A DNA stretch of 47,548 nucleotides, from contig NC_057718.1 in the NCBI RefSeq assembly GCF_004010195.1, forward strand, positions 62,216,981 through 62,264,528, given 5' to 3'. Below the pieces are notes generated by a model. It had not been told where the DNA came from, searched no databases, and saw nothing but the letters and a program-made list of their open reading frames with translations. This stretch comes from Chiloscyllium plagiosum. Taxonomy: Eukaryota. Of the stretch, positions 39,536 to 47,548 are shown piece by piece (the first letter of the stretch is position 1; every line of letters starts with the position of its first letter). Made by a program: the position numbers and the translations under genes.

Positions 39536-39877
39536 TTTAGAGAGTGATTATTGCTGAGCAAAAAGACATGTTGTTGATACTTTTCATCTTTTGCTCATCA
39601 GGACAAACACAAGAATACCAAATTTTAAATGATCTCTGTAATTTGCACTGCAAGAGAAAAGAATGCTGATTGGTTGGTAGCTCAAATCTGAAAGGTCAAG
39701 CTGTAAGCTCTCCAAACACATGATGTCAACAATGAATATGTAGATACAGATGCTTTGTTTCCAAATGAAGTCACGAGAGATTATATGTAGATGAGAAATA
39801 GGAGTAAAGCAAGTCTGGATACTTATGCAACACCACTGGAAATGGTGTGGAGACGAGAAGAGGAGGCTACAGTAGTA

Positions 39878-40040
39878 CAGAAGATCTTCGATTATCCGAA
39901 GGACGTGGGCAGGGAGTATTTCATTCGTTCGGTTAATCAAATGGCAGATAACATAATTAGTCAAGCATTGGGACCTTGCAATCTTGTTCTGATAATCCAA
40001 AATTCAGTTCATCGAATGTTGGATAATCGAGGTTCATCTG
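39878..40040. mobile_element. 163-bp Tc1/mariner (pogo/Tigger-like) MITE
   Basis: TA at both flanks. TIRs cagaagatcttcgattatccga and (reverse complement) cagatgaacctcgattatccaa match at 18 of 22. Confidence 0.85.
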
Positions 40041-40409
40041 TACTTGCCTTTTCTAAAGGTTAAGTAATATTAAATGTAATCTGTCATGTTTTTATTGTAG
40101 TACTGCTGCTTTATGGTGTTTTAAATTTTTGTGTACATGAAGGTTTCTTCTTGCTGAAAATAATGTCACCATGTACCAGATAGTACTGTTTGTTTTGATT
40201 GATGTCATAAAAAGTAAGGAATGAACCTTGCTAATATTATATTAAAGAATACTTTGAGTAGTAAAAAGAGCTTAATTTGGCTTGATGCTTTGTATGATTC
40301 GGAGATTTGAACCTCATGGAACTTATCAAATAGTTTTGAAATATAGGTTTAGGGGAAATGGATAGAAAAAAGTTACAAATGATGATGTACTGAGGAGAGT
40401 GAACAAATG

Positions 40410-40503
40410 AAAACAATTTGCTACAAAAACTCAGCAGATCTGACCGCATCTGTGAAAAGAAATCAGAGTTAACATTTCGGGTCAAGTGACCCCTCTTCAG
40501 AAC
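40410..40503 (-). mobile_element. Penelope-type terminal fragment carrying a hammerhead ribozyme core
   Basis: Minus strand reads CTGAAGA-G-GGGTC-ACTT-GACCC-GAAA-TGTTAAC, followed by the cagatgcggtcagatctgctgagttt tail. Confidence 0.7.
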
Positions 40504-40897
40504 AATTTACTAAATTTAGTTAGGAAAAGGTAGAGACTGCACAGGGAACATCATGAGGAAATGGACATTCAATGGTGTAAAAATTGAATGAAGTTATCAG
40601 AAATCAAAAGACTGGAATAGGATAGCAAGATACAGCAAAGAGAGTGAGCCAAGGATCTGCCTTCAGGCAAAGCATATGACGATGATGCTTATGAAAGTTG
40701 AAATGTTAAATACTTCTCTGGAGCTTGAAATCCAAACCATCAACCTTCATTCAAGGATATTACAGAAAATAAATTGTTAATTGTAGAATGGGGGGGTGAA
40801 AACAAAGGCAATCAGGAAGTTCTTTCTTTTCAGACCATTACAGTGTGGATATTGTCCATTTATATGGCTTGCAGGGTCCAAAATGGGAATAACATGT

Positions 40898-41440
40898 GAA
40901 TTAAATTGTCGAATTAGCTTTATTGTCACATGTACTCACATAAGAGTGATGAAAAATTTATAAGTCTCTACTTACAGCACCATCTTGGGCGCAAAGGTAC
41001 CGAGGTACAATCCTTATTTACAGAATAGACAAACGAAAAAAAAATGAAAGTTACATTACAGCTGTATATGGTATAACCGTGAGTCAGAAAAATAAGAAGC
41101 AAAGTTAAAAAGACAAACATCACAGTTTCTTTCCAAAGGTGCTCTGCAGCATACCTGCGCGAGGGGTCTCCATGTGGTCTGACCGTGGGTTGTCACCACA
41201 CTTCATACTGGACCATTGGCATTCCAGCTCCAGCTGCTGGTCACCAGCGTTCCCGCTGCAGCAACTGGTGAGCTGGTGTCTCCACCGACTCGACTTCAGA
41301 GACCAGGAGTCGGAGGCTGGGACCGATGTCCGGGGTCAAGGGAAGGGAGGAGAGAGGGGGGAAAAGAAATGATAAAGAAGAAAAAGAATTGATGGAGCAA
41401 AGGAGCTCCAGTTGGAGCATCCTACTCTGGTGCTATCTTA
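40898..41440 (-). mobile_element. Short non-autonomous retroposon (Rex1/Babar- or L2-like ends)
   Basis: Minus strand begins aagatagcacc and ends gtgacaataaagctaattc. GC/CpG-richer than its flanks. Confidence 0.45.
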
Positions 41441-41782
41441 CTGGAAATGTTTGCCAAATGCTAAGATGTGCAAGAATATTTTTTAAAGTTTAAAATTTAT
41501 TTGTGGACTTTGAATATTTAATTGTTTCATTTTGAAGCTACAGTTTTTTAATGTAGGATGAGTATTTTTAGCTTGCATTATATTTGCACTTGTACAAAGT
41601 CACTGATGGGGTCAATACTGGCTTATCGTATGGGGGAAGGCAGAGACAGGGTGCCAAACTTAATTTATTTTTACTAAAACAGATTTTGAGTCAATTCTGC
41701 ATTAGTCATGATATTAAACGATACATGGATTTAAGAATTCTTTTACGCAGTGTTGAACAAATCTTAACATTTATGTCCATAG

Positions 41783-41998
41783 ATGATATTGAAGTTCGCT
41801 TTTTCACTCACAACTGGGAGGCCAAAGGTTCGTTTTCACAAGCTGATGTCCATCGGCAAGTTGCCATTGTCTTTCGAACACCTGCATATTGCAAAACAAA
41901 CGTAACTGAGCCTGTATCTGTGAAAATGCAGCTTCGAAGACCTTCAGACCAACAAGTCAGTGAATCCATGGAGTTCAGATACCTTCCAGATGACAGAG
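41783..41998 (+). CDS. REL: c-Rel coding exon 7 (IPT domain, RRPS kinase motif)
   Basis: catag| acceptor, |gtatta donor, 216 nt. Encodes (D)[71 protein letters not shown]. Confidence 0.97.
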
Positions 41999-43315
41999 GT
42001 ATTATACATAATTATTGATGTAGAATAGCATTACTTTTATATTTAATAGGCTTATTCCGCAGTATTCAGTTGTGATAGTTATTATATACAATGTTTTGGT
42101 ACCCAAAGCTTTTAAGTATTGGGTAGAACTTAGCAATTTCCCTAGGAGTGGGCTGACTGATGAGGGGAGCATAAAATTGAGTGCCGTGTTGATGTCATTA
42201 AGCTCATCGCCTACCCACTGTTGCTCTTTTTACTAGCAACTTGGAGGGAAGCCCACTTATCCATTGGACAGTTGATGCCCTTACGGCCAGTTAACGACCA
42301 CTTAAAAACTTAGTTGGACCACTGCTTGTCTTGGTGCTCACCCGGACCAAGTGGCAAGTAACAGCCTTGTCAGCTTTTGTGAAAGTTCCTGTACCTAGAC
42401 GGGATTTCTGAGCCTTCCCCTTGCAAATGTCCCCTACCAACTGTCCTGCTGAACCTGGCTTGCCCAACCTCATCACAGAAACTTTGGACTCCTGAAACCC
42501 CAGTCTCTCAAGGCTGGTTGGCAGTTGCTTCCACTTTGGGGGCTGCCTATAATCCCAGTATCATCGTTTCTCATGATTGGCTAGCAGCTGTTGGAGGCAG
42601 GACTTAACAGCCTGAAGGTTGGGTTGAGTTCAGCAAGGGGAAGACAAGGCAAGCTTTTAAACTGGAAGTGGAACATCTCCCTCCATGTAAGATTTGCATA
42701 ATGCTATATTTTAGGTGTACCTAATGAATTATATTTGTATAGAGTATCTAGTTTTGTCCAGGCAATGTTTTACCTCTTGATCCTGAAGAATCTGATTTGT
42801 GTGCAGGAAGAGTGACAGTTCTTCATTTTAGTCTCGACTTGGCATTGAAGCTGCATCCTATTCTTGCCCATTTTGCACTGTCAAGCAAGGATCATTAATA
42901 TGGGAACACTGGCTACTTTTTCTCTCCCCTCGATTGCTGAGATCAATTTTGTCTCGTATCACTAACTTTCAAAAGACTGGGACTTTCCTAGTCTTTATAG
43001 ATGACCGATGTTATTTTTTGACTGTAAACAGTTTATAGTAACATACTTCTTTTGACTATCTAGTGGGAGCAGTGAGCTTGTGGCCACAGTGTGTTGACAA
43101 GGCTTTTAATCAGTGTTACTTGCTTACATTCATCTTTCGCTTTTAAGTGGTGGGAGGGCCGAGCTATGTTTTCTTTTTATCTGATAAAGCCTAAAGAAAT
43201 TGATCCTTTGATGTTCCACTTGCAGATAAATATTAAAAATATTACTTCAATTAAAGAGGTGTCCTATCTACCATTTCAAACGTGTTTATTAGATGGAAGT
43301 TAAATTTATTATTGT

Positions 43316-44020
43316 TTCATAGTAATAGAAACCGAAGTAGGCCATTTGGCCCATCGAGCCAGCTCCTCCTGCTTGCATTATCCCCATAACTCTTAATTCC
43401 CCTACCATGCAAAATCCATCCAATTGTGTCTTGAATATATTTAATGAAGCTGCCCCTACTGCTTCCTTGGGCAAAGAATTCCATAGTTTCAGTACTCTCT
43501 GGGAAAAGCAGTTCTTCCTCATCCCTGTCCTAAATCTACACCCCCTAATCTTAAGGCCATGTTCCCCAGTCCTAGTCTCACCCAACAGTGGAAATAAATT
43601 GCCTGCCTCTACCTTATCTATCCCTTTCATAATTTTATATGTTTCTATAAGATTCCCTCACATTCTTCTAAATTCTAGTGTGTACAGTCCCAGGCAGTTC
43701 AACCTCTCCTCACAGGATAAACCCCGTCATCTCCAGAATCCTGGTGAACGTCCTCTGCACCACCTCCAAAGCTAGTATATCCTTCCTCAAGTAAAGAGAC
43801 CAGAACTGCAGACAGTACTCCAGATGCAGCCTCACCAAAACCTTGTACAATTGCAGCACAACTTTCTTGCTCTTAAATTCAATCCCTGTAGCAATGAAAG
43901 CCAGTATTCCATTTGTCTTCCTGATTACCTGTTGCACCTGCAAATCAATTTTTAGCGATTTATGTATGAGCACTCCTAGGTCCCTCTGCACAACAGCATG
44001 CTGCAATCTTTCACCATTTA
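43316..44020 (-). mobile_element. CR1 LINE 3' fragment
   Basis: ORFs have QRDLGVLIH, LYKVLVRLHLEYCLQFWS and FSQRVLKLWNSLP. Tail gaagtaggccatttggcccatcgagcc. Confidence 0.93.
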
Positions 44021-44102
44021 TTATGTCTAATATTGTCCAATATTATTGAGCGGAACTTAGCAATTTTTTTTATTAGTTACTATTCGGTGGAACTTAGCAA
44101 CT

Positions 44103-44174
44103 AATTTTTTTATTAGTTACAAGAAGGTATTGTCCAATATTAGACAATACCTTTTTATAACTAATAAAAAAATT
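44103..44174. repeat. 72-bp near-perfect palindrome
   Basis: Two 36-nt arms, no spacer, 3 mismatches. Confidence 0.92.
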
Positions 44175-44599
44175 GTTTGAGCAAGGCTTTGTTCCACAAA
44201 TGAAAGTTTGGGTGATCTTGCTATTGACTGGATGGTTCCAGCAAAATGTGGGAGTCTCTGAAACTGAGAGTTACTCATGGCTAATTAGAATTAGGTCACT
44301 TAGACTGTTTTCCAGAATAGTTAAATGGAAAGCTTTGAGTTCACCTATCAAGTCAATCAGTTCTTATAGAGTCATGTGAAAGGTTAATCATTTAAGATCT
44401 TAAGTTAGAAAGTGATATTTGTATGGTCAACATCTTGTCCATTCTTATACATTCCTCCATGTATATGGATGGCACCCAGGCTCTATCTTCCCATGGCAAC
44501 GTAACCACTTCAGCTAAGTTGTCAGATTGTTTATCAGACATTTAGTACCAAATAGCAGTACTTTCCTTTAAGTAACTATTGAAATGACTGAAACCATTG

Positions 44600-45275
44600 T
44601 CTTTTAGCCTGGTAACAAACTCCGTTTCCAAGCCACTGAGTTTCTGTAGCAACTGTTTTGAGGTTAAACCAGAACATTTACAATCTTGATGTCAAGTTGT
44701 GAGATGAGTTTTCAGCCAAACATCTGTGTTGTCATTAGTTCCACCTAATTTTGTCTGTCACTCAGCTCATCTGCTACGAAGACACTCATTGTTACCTTTA
44801 GGTGACTATTCCAGAATGTTCCTGGCTAACCTCCTAGTTTCTACCTTGTATAACATTTGAGTTTATCCAAAATTCTGTTTGCTGTTTCTTACACTGACTT
44901 ATGGTTCGGATGCAACTCACTCTTAAAATGCACTCATTATTTTCTATCACTCCATGGCTGTGCCCTTTCCTATCTCCATAACATCCCACAAACCTCCTCA
45001 GACTTGTGCTCTTCTCTAATTCTGGTCTCTTGTGCCTCCTATTTTAATAATGCCCTCCTATTTTAATTCCAACATTGTTGACTGTGCTTTGAGTTGGCCA
45101 GGTGTTAAACTATAACATTCCTCTCAGAATCTTGCTACCTTACTATCTTTTTTAGCTTTATATTCTCTTACCTCTTTAACTAAGCTTTTGGTTCTCTCTC
45201 CATAATGATCTTGTGTGTCTCTTTGTCAAATTTCATTTGACATGCTTTTGTGGCATGCCTTGGGACATTTAAAGG
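44600..45275 (+). mobile_element. Old L2-type LINE 3' fragment
   Basis: gactattccagaatgttcctggctaacctcc (RLDYxNxxLAGL-like); tail tgtggcatgccttgggacattt. Confidence 0.6.
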
Positions 45276-45402
45276 TGTGATTTTTTAAAAAAAAACTAAC
45301 TTTGAAAACAAAGCCAGAAATATTCTTACATGTTTTTTTCTATTCATTCACTTGAGAATGATGTTTTAAAATAATTCTTCTGCATTTTTTCTTCTTATAT
45401 AG

Positions 45403-45477
45403 ATAACTGTTTTTACGAAAAACGAAAGAGGACAGCAGATGCTTTCCATAAGTTGCTGCAGGATTGGGCACCATCAG
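45403..45477 (+). CDS. REL: c-Rel coding exon 8 (nuclear localisation signal)
   Basis: Long pyrimidine tract + tatag| acceptor, |gtaagg donor, 75 nt, phase 1-1. Encodes (D)NCFYEKRKRTADAFHKLLQDWAPS; the basic cluster sits where Rel NLSs lie. Confidence 0.9.
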
Positions 45478-45750
45478 GTAAGGTTCACAATAAATACCAC
45501 ATCTCAAGACTACGGAGTCTTGTACTTATTTTGAGAATTGCTTTTGTCAGTTTGTGACTATAGCATCATAATAAAACCTCATATGACAGGCCATTCCCAG
45601 CATGTCAGTAATAAATCAATATTCACTGACAAAGCAACAGTGCTGTAGACATTTTACATAAACTCAGGGCATATTACTTCTATCTTTGATTTCCAGGACC
45701 TGCTTCTGAAACAAGGTCACAGTAGCCTAGAATATTCGGTGTGACTTTAC

Positions 45751-47548
45751 TATCATAGAGATGTACAGCATGGAAACAGACCCTTCAGTCCAACCCGTCC
45801 ATGCCGTCCAGATATCCCAACCCAATCTAGCCTCCACCACTTCCTCTGGCAGCTCATTCCATACACGTACCACCCTCTGCATGAAAACGTTGGCCCTTTG
45901 GTCTCTTTTATATCTTTCCCCTCTCACCCTAAACCTATGCCCTCTAGTTCTGGACTCCCCGACCCCAGGGAAAAGACTGCCTATTTACCCTATCCATGCC
46001 CCTCATAATTTTGTAAACCTCTATAAGGTCACCCCTCAGCCTCTGATGCTCCAGGGANNNNNNNNNNNNNNNNNNNNNNNNNNNNNNNNNNNNNNNNNNN
46101 NNNNNNNNNNNNNNNNNNNNNNNNNNNNNNNNNNNNNNNNNNNNNNNNNNNNNNNNNNNNNNNNNNNNNNNNNNNNNNACTCTACTTTCAAGGAGCTATG
46201 AACCTGCACTCCAAGGTCTCTTTGTTCAGCAACACTCTCCAGGACCTTACCATTTAGTGTATAAGTCCTGCTAAGATTTGCTTTCCCAAAATGTAACACC
46301 TGACATGTATCTGAATTAAACTCCATCGGCTACTTCTCAGCCCATTGGCCCATCTGGTCCAGATCCTGTGTAATCTGAGGTAACCTTCTTCGCTGTCCAC
46401 TACACCTCCAATTTTGGTGTCATCTGCAAACTTACTAACTGTACCTCTTATGCTCGCATCCAAATCATTTATGTAAATGACAAAAAGTAGAGGGTGCCAG
46501 CACCGATCCTTGTGGCACTCCACTAATCACAGGCCTCCAGTCTGAAAAACAACCCTCTTCTACCTTTCAGCCAGTTCTGTACCCAAATGGCTAGTTCTCT
46601 CTGTATTCCATGAGATCTAACCTTGCTAATCAGTCTCCCATGGGGAACCTTGTTGAACGCCTTACTGAAGTCCATATAGATCACATCTACTGCTCTGCCC
46701 TCATCAATCTTCTTTGTTACTTCTTCAAAAAACTCAATCAAGTTTGTGAGACATTATTTCCCACGCACAAAGCCATGTTGACTACCCGAATCAGTCATGG
46801 TCTTTCCAAATACATGTACGTCCTGTCCCTCAGGATTCCTTCCAACAACTTGCCCATCACCGAGGTCAGGCTCGGTGTTTATAGTTCCCTGGCTTGTCTT
46901 TACCGTCCTTCTTAAACAGTGGCACCACGTTTACTAACCTCCAGTCTTCCGGCACCTCACCTGTGACTATCGATGATACAAATATCTCAGAAAGAGGCCC
47001 AGCAATCACTTCTCTAACTTCCCACAGAGTTCTCAGGTACACCTGATCAGATCCTGGGGATTTATCCACCTTTAACTGTTTCAAGACATCCAGCACTTCC
47101 TCCTCTGTAATCTGGTCATTTTGCAAGATGTCACTATCTAGTTCCCTACAGTCTATATCTTCCATATCCTTTTCCACAATAAATACTGATGCAAAATATT
47201 CACTTAGTATCGCCCCCATTTTCTGTGGCTCCACACAAAGGCTACCTCGCTGATCTTTGAGGGGCCCTATTCTCTCCCTAGTTATCCTTTTGTCCTTAAT
47301 ATATTTGTAAAAACCCTTTGGATTCTCCTTAATTCTATTTGCCAAAGCTATTTCATGCCCCCATTTTGCCCTCCTGATTTCCCTCTTAAGTATACTCCTA
47401 CTTCCTTTATACTCTTCTAAGGATTTCACTCAATCTATCTTATCTGTACTTGACATATGCTTCCTTCTTTTTCTTAACCAAACCCTCAATTTCTTTAGTC
47501 ATCCAGCATTCCCTATACATACCAGCCTTCCCTTTCACCCTGACAGGA
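45751..47548 (-). mobile_element. Young CR1 LINE, same subfamily as 8090-10172; runs off the window
   Basis: ORFs 46866..47429, 46523..46741 and 46254..46523 have DKSPGSD, YMDFSKAFNKVPH, YINDL and SKFADDTK. Tail atcatagagatgtacagcatggaaacagacccttc. Confidence 0.95.
46058..46178. other. Assembly gap (121 N)
   Basis: Run of N inside the CR1 copy. Confidence 0.99.

Larger units (their letters stand above)
2557..45477 (+). other. REL: c-Rel (NF-kB subunit REL) gene span, coding exons 1-8, 3'-incomplete. join(2557..2563,5500..5636,7290..7438,22333..22424,36118..36258,37958..38062,41783..41998,45403..45477)
   Basis: Eight exons splice in one open frame with GT-AG introns. Residues favour c-Rel over Rel[39 protein letters not shown], [23 protein letters not shown]. 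Confidence 0.96.

Noticed and set aside
41584..42018. 144-aa ORF as a standalone gene
   Set aside because: It is exon 7 plus open intronic flanks. The same applies to ORFs 22307..22513 and 37888..38175.
2557..45477. Assignment to RELA, RELB or NFKB1/2
   Set aside because: Diagnostic RHD residues ([37 protein letters not shown]) are c-Rel-type; only the NLS resembles RelA.

Overview
Eukaryotic, AT-rich vertebrate DNA, most likely from a shark or other cartilaginous fish (inferred from the V-SINE/HE1-like SINEs, CR1 LINEs and Penelope-type terminal fragments). It holds the promoter and first eight coding exons of one + strand gene, the NF-kB subunit c-Rel (REL). All introns are GT-AG with consistent phases; the exons total 922 nt (307 codons + 1 nt), covering the whole Rel homology domain and the NLS. 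The transactivation exons lie beyond the window. Deduced protein: [48 protein letters not shown]...[33 protein letters not shown]. Introns are filled with decayed CR1/L2 LINEs, SINEs and MITEs, which explain nearly all other ORFs in the track. I find no convincing undescribed gene system. The best leads are: hammerhead-ribozyme cores in Penelope-type fragments, an octamer + kB promoter module, a RelA-type NLS, an inverted pair of young CR1 copies around exons 4-8, a hairpin-bounded microinversion in a SINE, a 72-bp palindrome at a LINE junction, and a decayed coiled-coil-like frame upstream. Repeat boundaries are approximate and family names come from motif recognition, not database search.
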